DNA of 63,818 nt, counting the filler, from Octopus bimaculoides (lineage: Eukaryota), in the NCBI RefSeq assembly GCF_001194135.2. It is 6 parts of 5 records of this genome, joined end to end, with 100 filler letters (N's around TTAATTAATTAA, not from the genome) between each part and the next. Parts side by side here need not be neighbours in the genome. Positions count along the whole stretch, not along the records: positions 23,844 to 30,258 come from NC_068984.1; positions 30,359 to 51,008 come from NC_068993.1; 4 more parts are not named here. One strand, given 5' to 3'. Made by a program: the position numbers and the translations under genes. The notes below the pieces were generated by a model. The model saw nothing but the letters and a program-made list of their open reading frames with translations. It made no database searches and had not been told where the DNA came from. Position 1 is the stretch's first letter. Every line of letters begins with the position of its first letter. Shown in pieces: positions 24,684 through 37,275 of this stretch.

Positions 24684-25173
24684 GCCCGGATGCAGTATCA
24701 GGCAGTTGCTCTCATGGCTTCTGATCTTAATTGATTGGAAGTGTTATCATGTACATTGTTTTGTCTTGGTATANNNNNNNNNNNNNNNNNNNNNNNNNNN
24801 NNNNNNNNNNNNNNNNNNNNNNNNNNNNNNNNNNNNNNNNNNNNNNNNNNNNNNNNNNNNNNNNNNNNNNNNNNNNNNNNNNNNNNNNNNNNNNNNNNNN
24901 NNNNNNNNNNNNNNNNNNNNNNNNNNNNNNNNNNNNNNNNNNNNNNNNNNNNNNNNNNNNNNNNNNNNNNNNNNNNNNNNNNNNNNNNNNNNNNNNNNNN
25001 NNNNNNNNNNNNNNNNNNNNNNNNNNNNNNNATGAGATCACCATGTCACGTACATATGGTTGTGATGCATATGCCTGGTGTACCCTTATCAGACGGGTAG
25101 TCATGATGGGTATACTGGGCTTCGTATATTTTACCCCAGTGTCACTTTGATGGCATGCACTGCTCTCTCACTC
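24683..25173 (+). mobile_element. Unclassified ~490-bp element flanked by (AAT)n on both sides (interior gapped)
   Basis: Unique sequence TGCCCGGATGCAGTATCAGG... to ...GCACTGCTCTCTCACTC is bounded sharply by AAT arrays. Confidence 0.5.
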
Positions 25174-25233
<60 letters not shown>

Positions 25234-25443
25234 CCTTTCTACTATAGGCACAAGGCCTGAAATTTTGGAGGGAAGGGAACTAGTCGAATACATCGATCCA
25301 GTGTTTCACTGGTACTAAATTTATCGTCTCCGAAAAGATGAAAGGCAAAGTCCACTTCGGCGGAATTTGAAATCAGAACATAGCGGCACATGAAATACTA
25401 CTACGCATTTCACTCGGCATGCTAACGATTCTGCCCGCTCACC
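25234..25443 (-). mobile_element. SINE family A copy whose (ATT)n tail merges with the AAT array
   Basis: CCTTTCTACTATAGGCACAAGGCC...AAAGATGAAAGGCAAAGTCCACTTCGGCGGAATTTGAA...CTAACGATTCTGCC. Confidence 0.9.
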
Positions 25444-25490
25444 AATTTAACAACAACAACAACAACAACAACAACGATGACGACGACGAC

Positions 25491-25517
<27 letters not shown>

Positions 25518-25522
<5 letters not shown>

Positions 25523-25950
25523 ATAACAGACCGGACCTAGCGGTGGTGGACAAGATGCACCACATATGCTATATAGTTGACGTTGCATACCTCTTTGACA
25601 CAAGAATACTCAAGAAAGAAAGCGAAAAGATAGATAAATACAACATCTTTAAGTACGAAATAGCCCGGCTATGAAAAATGAAGGTGAAAATAGTGCCAAT
25701 TATTGTTGGGTCCTTGGGAACAGTATTAGTAGGCATCGAAGGAACTATAAAGGAAATTGGAATAGAGTGTCCAGTAGAACTGTTACAAAAGGTTTGCCTC
25801 CTTGGCTCAGCCATAATAATCAGGAAAGTATTAGATAGCAGAAAATAATGGATAGCATGGTACCGAAAGCTGCAGGTAGTAAGCCTGCTACGTACGTAAG
25901 ACTTCAGGAACTCCAATAAAATCTGTGATAAAGATAAATGATAACGATCA
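25518..25950 (+). mobile_element. R4/Dong-like retrotransposon RLE domain and 3' UTR, second subfamily
   Basis: EHNRPDLAVVDK..CYIVDVA..FD (PD..D endonuclease), KEKIDKY-like segment, VPIIVGSLGTV and LQKVCLLGSAIIIRKVL*. Confidence 0.88.
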
Positions 25951-27466
25951 TAATAATGGTTTCAAATGGTTTCAATAAACATCTGAAGATGTTTATTAAA
26001 CGTAACAAGATAAATGTAAATTTACTCCGATTTGATAGACAGAAACAGCTGTAAATGGTTGCAAATACAATTAAACAATGACTTCTAAACACCAACGATC
26101 CCCTTCTCATTGTTAATTATTGCTCCATTTCTTATCTTCCCTATATATTAAACCATGGTTTTACCCTTAAATTACCTACTACCATAGACCTTATAACTAG
26201 GATTATACATAGTGAGGTAATACACCAGGAGTGCCTACGGATATGTCTATCCCTTAGATGGTTGCATAACCTCTAACTTATATCTTGCTTTATATATATA
26301 TATATATATATATATNNNNNNNNNNNNNNNNNNNNNNNNNNNNNNNNNNNNNNNNNNNNNNNNNNNNNNNNNNNNNNNNNNNNNNNNNNNNNNNNNNNNN
26401 NNNNNNNNNNNNNNNNNNNNNNNNNNNNNNNNNNNNNNNNNNNNNNNNNNNNNNNNNNNNNNNNNNNNNNNNNNNNNNNNNNNNNNNNNNNNNNNNNNNN
26501 NNNNNNNNNNNNNNNNNNNNNNNNNNNNNNNNNNNNNNNNNNNNNNNNNNNNNNNNNNNNNNNNNNNNNNNNNNNNNNNNNNNNNNNNNNNNNNNNNNNN
26601 NNNNNNNNNNNNNNNNNNNNNNNNNNNNNNNNNNNNNNNNNNNNNNNNNNNNNNNNNNNNNNNNNNNNNNNNNNNNNNNNNNNNNNNNNNNNNNNNNNNN
26701 NNNNNNNNNNNNNNNNNNNNNNNNNNNNNNNNNNNNNNNNNNNNNNNNNNNNNNNNNNNNNNNNNNNNNNNNNNNNNNNNNNNNNNNNNNNNNNNNNNNN
26801 NNNNNNNNNNNNNNNNNNNNNNNNNNNNNNNNNNNNNNNNNNNNNNNNNNNNNNNNNNNNNNNNNNNNNNNNNNNNNNNNNNNNNNNNNNNNNNNNNNNN
26901 NNNNNNNNNNNNNNNNNNNNNNNNNNNNNNNNNNNNNNNNNNNNNNNNNNNNNNNNNNNNNNNNNNNNNNNNNNNNNNNNNNNNNNNNNNNNNNNNNNNN
27001 NNNNNNNNNNNNNNNNNNNNNNNNNNNNNNNNNNNNNNNNNNNNNNNNNNNNNNNNNNNNNNNNNNNNNNNNNNNNNNNNNNNNNNTATATATATATATA
27101 TATATATATTAATAAAAGAAGTATCTAGTGGTAGAAATAGACAGAATTAAAGTGACAGAAGGGGGAAACCTTGAAAACCATTAGGATATGATACACACAG
27201 AGAATCATATAGTGTGAATTCAGGCATACATAAAGTATATATTCATACATATAGAAAAAGTTATATGCTAAACAGACAGGCACCATTCAATACATGAGTG
27301 GAAATACAGACGCATATTAATATATACCCCAAAATGAGGTATATATTAATATTTAAAGAAAAATGAATTTATGCATACTTAATGAATATAACGTTATGTA
27401 CTTAACGTATATACACATTCGTATATGCATAAATGAAAAAATGTATATTCACACAAGCAGTGACAC

Positions 27467-27543
<77 letters not shown>

Positions 27544-28414
27544 CATACAGACACAGACACATATGTACATATCTATGTGCATCCGTGATTGTATGTGTGT
27601 ATCATGTCAAAAGGAAGTAAATATATAAACAAGAGGTACCTAGATAATTGGAAGATAATCTAGTGGAACAGTAAGTAATTAACGATATAAAGATGATTTT
27701 TCAAGTAGGTTTTGTCAAGATATAAATTAGACATGATATATATAGCAGTAATAGACTTTTTTCGCTATCTACAATAAATTCAACCTCCAACTTCTGAATA
27801 TAGAGAACCACTCTCCTTCTGTCTGTCCCTCCCTCCCTCCCTCCCTCTGTCTGTCTCTCTTTTTTTCTTTCGATTCACCAGCATTTCTTCTGTTACGAAG
27901 GAATGCTTGTATTTATTCATAAAGAAACAGTCAGAGTTCCAGTGAATCAGCCATTCACATTATCACGTCCAACCATTGTACTTTCAGAACATCCAGGCAG
28001 GTGTCCATGCCTCCAATTAAATCCCAAGCTCCTAACATTCAGATAATCAATTTCTGAATAATTGATGGCCGTGAAAGTAATAGAGTGCACGGTTAACATG
28101 TAGTTTAGGGACTGAAAGGAACGAAAGGAAATTGATCGCAAGTGACAACAATGACACCAACTAATTTCATGCCAATATATCTTTGTGATATAACTAATGT
28201 GTAGATTATATGTATATTTTATATACCATGCAAATCGTACATATTCTTTATATTATATGAAAACTGTATTTCAATAAAGATGAATACAATCACATTTATG
28301 TTGGTTATAGTGCATTAGAATGATAAACCTCAGTTGCTACCAATGAAATACAAGTATCTGTCTGTCTTGGTCTATTTCACACAATTTATAAACTTAGAGC
28401 AAATGTGAGACATT

Positions 28415-28590
28415 TGGTGAATTGGTAGACTCGCTAGAGCATCAGACAAAATGCTATGCGGTATTAGTTCCAGATCTTTATATTCTGAGTTTAATACCGT
28501 TACGGTGAACTTTTCCTTTCATCCCACCAGGGTCGATGAAATAGAATACAAGTTAAGTATTTGGATTGACGGTATCGAATAAACCACGCC
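28415..28590 (+). mobile_element. Degenerate SINE family A copy
   Basis: GGTGAATTGGTAGA...AAAATGCTATGCGGTATT...CTTTTCCTTTCATCCCACCAGGGTCGATGAAATAG. Confidence 0.65.
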
Positions 28591-28720
28591 ATCATTCGTG
28601 GGCGTCGACTTCAACTTATGAGCAAATTTTCTTCCAAGCTGTACGAGATGACATTGCGCGTGCCAGCTCTGAGATAATGCACAATCCTGTGTCCGACAAA
28701 TGTTCGCGGGCATTCATCAT

Positions 28721-28785
28721 GCAGGCTTGATTAGCAAGCTTGATAAGCAAACTTGATTAGCAGGCTTGATCCGCAGGCTTAAACG
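28721..28785. repeat. 13-bp minisatellite, five copies (GCAGGCTTGATTA-like)
   Basis: Direct reading of the sequence; the units are contiguous with no spacers. Confidence 0.9.
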
Positions 28786-30429
28786 TCTCTACGAAGTTTT
28801 AGTAAAAACAGAAGCTCAGTGACAGATTGATCTGTTGTGCGGAAACAGTGGCCATCAAATTTTAACCGTCTTTGTTAGATTGTCTGACTGACAGGCAGTA
28901 AAGATCCTTATAGTGACTTGTTTGATATATGGTTGGCATAAGGGATGTTAAGCGTTGTACAGAGCAGGTCAGGAAAATCCTGTTACTGGTACCATTTAAG
29001 CCAGTACTATTTGTTTTATGGTTGAGTGGTTGGTGGCTGACCTGGTTCCCCTACCTGGCTGGCTAGGTGCGGATAGAGCTGTGGTTACTCTGCAGGACTA
29101 AAAACAAGACTTGTCAAAGGACGGATGAGTTTGTCGTGATCCAACAGCCATCCAAGCGAGTGGTGTGTCGTAAAAACATTCTCCACAAGTGCAGGCAAAC
29201 CGTACAACTGATCCAAAACCAGGTGCATGTGGACGCAGGATAATGAGGGAATTGTACTAATTAAAAATGAAGAAATCTTACCAGTTCTCTTTATGTTCTC
29301 TTTATGAAACCATGAGATGTCATTGTCATCACTTTCGGCCAAGTTACTTTCATTCTTTTCTTTTCATTTCAATTTTTAAGTCTCTAAACTGCATGTTAAT
29401 CCAATGCTCTCACTTGTATGGAATTCCATCTTTCAGAACAGGACAGTTAGTATCTTAAGTAACGGTTTAAATATAGTTTCGCTGGGTGCATTTCGATCAA
29501 AGAAGTCAGGCAAAAGCTGAAAAATGCGCATATCTCCCATAACATGGTCTTAAATATAAACATGGTTACACCCTTTCTAAACTAACTTTCTTAGGGGTAA
29601 GTAAAAAATATAATCTTCATATCACCATCTGTGTATCATGCTAAATCAATATATACAATTGACAGGGATGTTGCTGTGGAATTATCTGAAAAAAAAAACT
29701 CTTCATAGACACACTGTATAAAAATCTCAATATATATTGGAGCAAGGGAAACGTCGTTGCGGCAGTAAGTAACAAGAATGACAGATAGGTTTCACTCTTA
29801 TTTCACTCTTAATGCCATACACAGATTTTCACTTGTTAAGACGAAATTCGTACATCGATATATAGGGAACTGAATGATACATCCACTGATGTTTTGGAAA
29901 GCTGCCGGGTTATAACAAACTTCAGTGGATGCAATGTTGTTTCAATTGCTTTCACAGAATAATTTTCATATATTTCACACCTGATTATTTAATTTTTCGG
30001 TGCATATTATTTGTTATTTTCATCAATCATATTTTTTACTCTTTCACTGGTTTCAGTCACCGTTTACCAGTTTGTAGCCGATTCATATGCACCTCCCCAT
30101 ATATGCGCACGCATTTTCTCTTTCACACACAAACAAAGGCAATTGTATATGAATGAGAAACAAAGTTGGCGTTGGTGGAATTTGAACTCAAAATGTAAAG
30201 TGTAAGTTTCAAATATTGTAAGCTATGTTGTCCGCTGCTCTACCCACCCTCCGCCCTANNNNNNNNNNNNNNNNNNNNNNNNNNNNNNNNNNNNNNNNNN
30301 NNTTAATTAATTAANNNNNNNNNNNNNNNNNNNNNNNNNNNNNNNNNNNNNNNNNNNNTATATATATAAAATTCTTTTTTGAAATATCTCCATATCACGA
30401 GTACGTGACTCTGAGTCACACACCTACAC

Positions 30430-30475
<46 letters not shown>

Positions 30476-30686
30476 TTATACATACATATATATATATAAG
30501 CATATAAGTATCTATTTATACGTACAAACGAGCACTGACGCCACGCACGTACCCTCCCCGGTACAGATGTTCTATATTGACGTAGTAGCGCAACTAAAGG
30601 CAATCTATCTAATTGAAGTCGGTTGGCTTTCTAGCACCAAACGCTCCCATTTATGTGTTTAGTCGTGAAAGTTCGTTTTAGGAATT

Positions 30687-30700
30687 GTCACCATGGCAAC
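30687..30700 (+). promoter_or_regulatory. RFX X-box consensus match
   Basis: GTCACCATGGCAAC matches GTHNYY-AT-RRNAAC. Function untested. Confidence 0.3.
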
Positions 30701-30921
30701 CTGTAATAGTTGGTGCTGTCTTCTTCATCCTTGCAAGACCAAACATAAATCGATCGTTTTATCCAAAAATATTCCATACGTCTCGATAACTGCGCCACTA
30801 AAAATACTGCCTAATTATCACCATTACATATGCACGGTAGCATACATACATTCATAACCCACTTACATATCCATCTACACAGACACACACACGCAGACAT
30901 TAGGACGGACACATACGTATG

Positions 30922-30966
<45 letters not shown>

Positions 30967-31417
30967 NNNNNNNNNNNNNNNNNNNNNNNNNNNNNNNNNN
31001 NNNNNNNNNNNNNNNNNNNNNNNNNNNNNNNNNNNNNNNNNNNNNNNNNNNNNNNNNNNNNNNNNNNNNNNNNNNNNNNNNNNNNNNNNNNNNNNNNNNN
31101 NNNNNNNNNNNNNNNNNNNNNNNNNNNNNNNNNNNNNNNNNNNNNNNNNNNNNNNNNNNNNNNNNNNNNNNNNNNNNNNNNNNNNNNNNNNNNNNNNNNN
31201 NNNNNNNNNNNNNNNNNNNNNNNNNNNNNNNNNNNNNNNNNNNNNNNNNNNNNNNNNNNNNNNNNNNNNNNNNNNNNNNNNNNNNNNNNNNNNNNNNNNN
31301 NNNNNNNNNNNNNNNNNNNNNNNNNNNNNNNNNNNNNNNNNNNNNNNNNNNNNNNNNNNNNNNNNNNNNNNNNNNNNNNNNNNNNNNNNNNNNNNNNNNN
31401 NNNNNNNNNNNNNNNNN

Positions 31418-31452
<35 letters not shown>

Positions 31453-31956
31453 TATTTAAGCACATACATATATATATGCATTATAAACACAGACACACAG
31501 ACGCACAATTGCAAAAAAAAAAAAAAAAAGAAAAAACATTTACACACATGTGTAAGTGTATGAGCGTAAATTTATACACAGAAATATATGTACACGCAAC
31601 CGATGTGCATAATTCAATTCCCTCTCATGCACACGCATACACTCCCACACGCACAACTAAACACATGTATTCTCATTTCACATCCATTTAGATATTCTCA
31701 CTCATACACATACATATGCACATTCAAACGTATTCACAGTTACACGCAAATCATTGCTATATTTCCATGCTAACACACACTGACACAGAAATAGGAATAT
31801 TCCTTATTGTATTCCTCTCTTTCTTACAACCCTTTTCTTTTCCTCATTGGCTCATTATCTCTCACTTTTCCTTACATACAATGCCCTAACCCCATTAAGA
31901 CGTAGACACGTTTATCTATGCGCAGATATATATATATATATACATATACATACATG

Positions 31957-32004
<48 letters not shown>

Positions 32005-32366
32005 AATATATACAATACGTACAAATTTGTACTTTCTCCCCCACACACTTATACCTATATACATACATGTATGTATGTATAAATGTATATGTACATGTAT
32101 GTACGTATATGTATATATACGTGTATATATGAATATATATGTATACATACAAGCAGATAGAGAGAGAGAGAGAGAGAGAGAGTGAGGGGGGAAGATAAAG
32201 AGAGAGCGATAGAGACGTAGCTGCGAACCATCATTCAGTGAAGCTACATTTACAACATGAAGACAAGAACTCTGAAATGCAGCAATCTATAAATATCCAT
32301 CGAAATTTTCAGAAACCGGAACATTGCAATACGGAGTAGCTTTTTCCTTAAAATCCCATAGATATA

Positions 32367-33605
32367 TCAGGTCAGTAGGCTTGAAATGTCCGATTTTCTT
32401 ATGCACCAAGTTTGACAGTCGTTAACTCTAATGTTTTATCCGGGCAATTCTTTGTTCTGCAATATTGCAGAGTTACATCATCAATTTTCGAAATGCAATT
32501 CATGGTGTCTGATTATATTGTGAGCTTTCTCTTGTAAATCAATTTTTGTTGTTTATGAATATGAGTTCCGTTGTGGAACCATTCCATTCCAGACAGCTCA
32601 AAACACCAATGAAGTATTTGGTGAAGAGGTGGCGAATGAGCGTACTGTATGTCGATGGTTTGGGAAGATCCGGTCTGGTGACTTTACTCTTGAAAATCAG
32701 CCCCATGGCAGACCTGAGACCAAGGTAGATAATGATGAGCTGGAAACTGTAGTGGAAGCGGATACGTCTCAAACTACGTGTGAGTTAGAAGCAAGGCTTT
32801 CTGTTTCGATTCCAACTGTATTGGGCCATCTGAAACAAATCGGCAAGGAGAAAGAGTTAGACAAGTGGGCACCACACGAACTGAACGAGCGTCTTGAAAC
32901 TTGCTGTTCTTTGCTGTCACGGCATAGAAGCGAACCATTTTTGCATCGTATTGTTATGTGCGATGAAAAATGGATTCTTTTCAACAATAGCAAGCGTTCT
33001 GAACGGTGCTTGAAAAGAGACGAACTGCCTAAACAAAATTAAAAAATGAATATTCACCAAAAAAAGCTAATGGTGTGTGTTTGGTGTTCCAGCTCTATTG
33101 TCATCCATTTCAGCTTCATGAGACCTGGCAAGTCAATTACATTCGATGTATATATCAACCATTTGGATGAAATGATGAGTGAACTTGCAATTAAACAACC
33201 GAGATCGGTCAATAAATACAAGCCAATTTTCTTGCAAGACAATGCTCGACCACATGTTGCACAAAGAATGCTACCCAAGTTAAAGGAATTGAACTTGGAA
33301 GCATTCTGTCATCCATCATATTCACCAGACCTTGCACCAACTGACTACCACGTTTTCCAGGCATTACACAACATTTTACAAGGAATAAACTTCAAATCTG
33401 CAGATGCAAAAACAGCCTTTTGTGATTTCATCGCCTCTTGCTCTCCAGAATTCTTCGCTGCCAGCATAAATAAGCTACCGATAAAATGGTAAAATTGTGT
33501 TGATAATTTACGTGCATACCTTGATTAACTGCATTGCTTTTTGTTGAGATAAAAGTAAAATAAACTTTCAGCTCAAAATAGGACATTTCATTCTTAATGA
33601 CCTGA
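32367..33605 (+). mobile_element. Full-length mariner element (1239 bp) with ~28-bp TIRs and TA TSD
   Basis: TA|TCAGGTCAGTAGGCTTGAAATGTCC ... GGACATTTCATTCTTAATGACCTGA|TA. Confidence 0.95.
32520..33492 (+). pseudogene. Mariner DD34D transposase pseudogene
   Basis: ORF pieces 32629-33042 and 33046-33492 contain WAPHELN, VMCDEKW, LQDNARPH and YSPDLAPTDY, with 34 residues between the last two D. They are disrupted by a stop at ~33040 and an N-terminal lesion. Confidence 0.93.
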
Positions 33606-33760
33606 TATTTTGATCCTGAAAGACTTCCTCTTGGAACCATATTCAAAACGGTTCGATGAACATAAGAAGACCATATTTAAATATTGAAAAGAATGTGGAG
33701 TAATTACAATGTCTTAGTATAAGAAAAATGGCTCTACAAAGAAAATATTACTTGGAGAGT

Positions 33761-33801
<41 letters not shown>

Positions 33802-34766
33802 ACACGAATTGAATGAATATGTACTCAACATCAAGAAGGAGGATAAACAATGGCTTTTAATTGGGATTTCTGGAACATAAGGTCTCATGCTGGCGAAAAT
33901 AAGCCTCTCTTTAGCCATAATTTAAAGTGTAGTTGAGTTGAGTGTATATATATATATATATATATATATATNNNNNNNNNNNNNNNNNNNNNNNNNNNNN
34001 NNNNNNNNNNNNNNNNNNNNNNNNNNNNNNNNNNNNNNNNNNNNNNNNNNNNNNNNNNNNNNNNNNNNNNNNNNNNNNNNNNNNNNNNNNNNNNNNNNNN
34101 NNNNNNNNNNNNNNNNNNNNNNNNNNNNNNNNNNNNNNNNNNNNNNNNNNNNNNNNNNNNNNNNNNNNNNNNNNNNNNNNNNNNNNNNNNNNNNNNNNNN
34201 NNNNNNNNNNNNNNNNNNNNNNNNNNNNNNNNNNNNNNNNNNNNNNNNNNNNNNNNNNNNNNNNNNNNNNNNNNNNNNNNNNNNNNNNNNNNNNNNNNNN
34301 NNNNNNNNNNNNNNNNNNNNNNNNNNNNNNNNNNNNNNNNNNNNNNNNNNNNNNNNNNNNNNNNNNNNNNNNNNNNNNNNNNNNNNNNNNNNNNNNNNNN
34401 NNNNNNNNNNNNNNNNNNNNNNNNNNNNNNNNNNNNNNNNNNNNNNNNNNNNNNNNNNNNNNNNNNNNNNNNNNNNNNNNNNNNNNNNNNNNNNNNNNNN
34501 NNNNNNNNNNNNNNNNNNNNNNNNNNNNNNNNNNNNNNNNNNNNNNNNNNNNNNNNNNNNNNNNNNNNNNNNNNNNNNNNNNNNNNNNNNNNNNNNNNNN
34601 NNNNNNNNNNNNNNNNNNNNNNNNNNNNNNNNNNNNNNNNNNNNNNNNNNNNNNNNNNNNNNNNNNNNNNNNNNNNNNNNTATATATATGCAAACATATA
34701 TATATATATATATATATATATGCAAATATATTTATATATAGACATGTATATATATGTATGTATATT

Positions 34767-34796
<30 letters not shown>

Positions 34797-34797
<1 letters not shown>

Positions 34798-35290
34798 TGG
34801 GTGTCACAAATTGTATTTAGACTTCGACAGTAGATAACTCAATTCTTTCAATTCTTCTTAGATTTAACCAATTAGATACATTGAACGCAGCCACACAAGA
34901 TGTAAGCCTAAAGCGCTGTAAGAATTTGGTAAACGCTGTCAAAATTCAAAGACGTTTTAGGAGCGGATTTTAAGGAATCCAACTATGCCTTATTCAAATG
35001 AAATATAAGTTTGAAGTTGACGGAAATGGTTCAAATGACCGCAAGGAATGTTTTGGAAGACCGCAGACACTTACGAGACCCACAAAGCAAGAAAGGTTAA
35101 TGGTAAAATACTTCCAGAGTTTAAGAAAATCTATTCGGTAGCGAATTATTCAGTAGCTCTTTTAAATTTTGCGTCAATCGTAATTTGAAGAGTTTTTATA
35201 GGAAAACTCATATTTGGAGAATTGACTACATTCACAATGGAAATGATCTGGAACGAAGAGTGGAATTTTGGGAGTGGCACTGGGTAAGAT
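34797..35290 (+). mobile_element. Tc1/mariner-superfamily transposon 5' fragment with DUF4817-type HTH
   Basis: AVKIQRRFRSGF, KYKFEVDG...FGRPQT...KSIR and DLERRVEFWEW; begins after (TA)n. Confidence 0.5.
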
Positions 35291-35400
35291 GTGTAGAAGT
35301 AAGAGAATAAAAGCGTATAAGTTCAAGAATAGTGTACTCTATACTAGTGGTATATGGACCGGAAATATTTCTTAGTAATATTAATTTATACCGGAAACAA

Positions 35401-35740
35401 TACTCCTACTCTTTACTCTTTTACTTGTTTCAGTCATTTGACTGCGGCCATGCCGGAGCACCACCTTTTAGTCGAGCAAATCGACCCCAGGACTTATTCT
35501 TTGGAAGCCTAGTACTTATTCTATCGGTCTATTTTGCTGAACCGCTAAGTTACGGGGACTGAAACACACCACTATCGGTTGTCAAACGATGTTTAGGGGA
35601 CAAACGCAGACACACAAACATATACACACACATACATATATATATATACATATACACGACTGGCTTCTTTCAGTTTCCGTCTACCAAATCCACCCACAAT
35701 GCTTTGGTCGGCCCGAGGCTATAGTAGAAGACACTTGCCT
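35401..35740 (-). mobile_element. tRNA-type SINE family B (internal CA/TA microsatellite), head truncated
   Basis: TTTACTCTTTTACTTGTTTCAGTCATTTGACTGCGGCCATG...TAAGTTACGGGGAC...TTTCAGTTTCCGTCTACCAAATCC...GAAGACACTTGCC; aligns with 61132-61525. Confidence 0.93.
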
Positions 35741-36289
35741 TCAAAAGTGTCTTCTTCTATAGCTTCGGGCCAACCAAAGCCTTGTCAGTNNNNNNNNNNN
35801 NNNNNNNNNNNNNNNNNNNNNNNNNNNNNNNNNNNNNNNNNNNNNNNNNNNNNNNNNNNNNNNNNNNNNNNNNNNNNNNNNNNNNNNNNNNNNNNNNNNN
35901 NNNNNNNNNNNNNNNNNNNNNNNNNNNNNNNNNNNNNNNNNNNNNNNNNNNNNNNNNNNNNNNNNNNNNNNNNNNNNNNNNNNNNNNNNNNNNNNNNNNN
36001 NNNNNNNNNNNNNNNNNNNNNNNNNNNNNNNNNNNNNNNNNNNNNNNNNNNNNNNNNNNNNNNNNNNNNNNNNNNNNNNNNNNNNNNNNNNNNNNNNNNN
36101 NNNNNNNNNNNNNNNNNNNNNNNNNNNNNNNNNNNNNNNNNNNNNNNNNNNNNNNNNNNNNNNNNNNNNNNNNNNNNNNNNNNNNNNNNNNNNNNNNNNN
36201 NNNNNNNNNNNNNNNNNNNNNNNNNNNNNNNNNNNNNNNNNNNNNNNNNNNNNNNNNNNNNNNNNNNNNNNNNNNNNNNNNNNNNNNNN

Positions 36290-36335
<46 letters not shown>

Positions 36336-36589
36336 AGTGTGTCACAAGTCCACCTTGGCGTAATTACTAGTTAACACCTTAAACGATCGATCTAGCAACC
36401 ACTAAATTTCCGACGTACGCACACTAATGACAAACTGAAACCTTGAACTAGGACCAATTAGAAATACGACCCTTATAATCAATTAAGCATAAAAGGCGAT
36501 AGAAACAATTTAAACCAGATCTTAGACCTATACCAGATATTGTAAAAAAAAAAAAGACCCAAAATTTATGCACTCATGCTCGTGTGTGT

Positions 36590-36660
36590 ATGCGTGCGGA
36601 CGTGTCTGTGTGAGGACGTGTCTGTGTGAGGACGTGTCTGCGTGCGGACGTGCCTCTGTG
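36590..36660. repeat. 16-bp minisatellite, about four copies (GGACGTGTCTGTGTGA)
   Basis: Direct reading of the sequence. Confidence 0.9.
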
Positions 36661-37275
36661 TAATGTATGGCTGCGGATATGTATGCATACACTCACACGC
36701 GCACTTTTATTAGCGTTGAATTTTGTTGAACGTACGAGAGAGGACTTGATCAATACAAGTTGCAGACTATATCGTTAATTGATACTCAATGTTTATCTCG
36801 CGGCTGGAGTTTCAATAAAGTGTAAATGCATACATACATACATACATACATACATGCATATATACATACATACATACATACTTACACGCATATATATGCA
36901 TACATGCGTGCATACACACACACACATATATATGTTTATAATATATCATAGATATGTATANNNNNNNNNNNNNNNNNNNNNNNNNNNNNNNNNNNNNNNN
37001 NNNNNNNNNNNNNNNNNNNNNNNNNNNNNNNNNNNNNNNNNNNNNNNNNNNNNNNNNNNNNNNNNNNNNNNNNNNNNNNNNNNNNNNNNNNNNNNNNNNN
37101 NNNNNNNNNNNNNNNNNNNNTATATATATATATAATATATATATACGTATATATTTTATATATATATATATAAATCTTATATACATATAGTGTATTATAT
37201 ATATATTATATATATTTATATATATATATATACGTCTGTGTGTATGTGTATGTGTGTGTATGTGTGTGTTTATGT

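Noticed and set aside
28721-28785. 13-bp and 16-bp (36590-36660) arrays as CRISPR-like repeats
   Set aside because: The units are contiguous without unique spacers, the context is eukaryotic, and no cas genes are present.
29140-29250. WW-domain-like peptide HPSEWCVVKTFSTSAGKPYN*SKTRCMW
   Set aside because: Spacing is off, there is an internal stop and no splice sites; likely chance.
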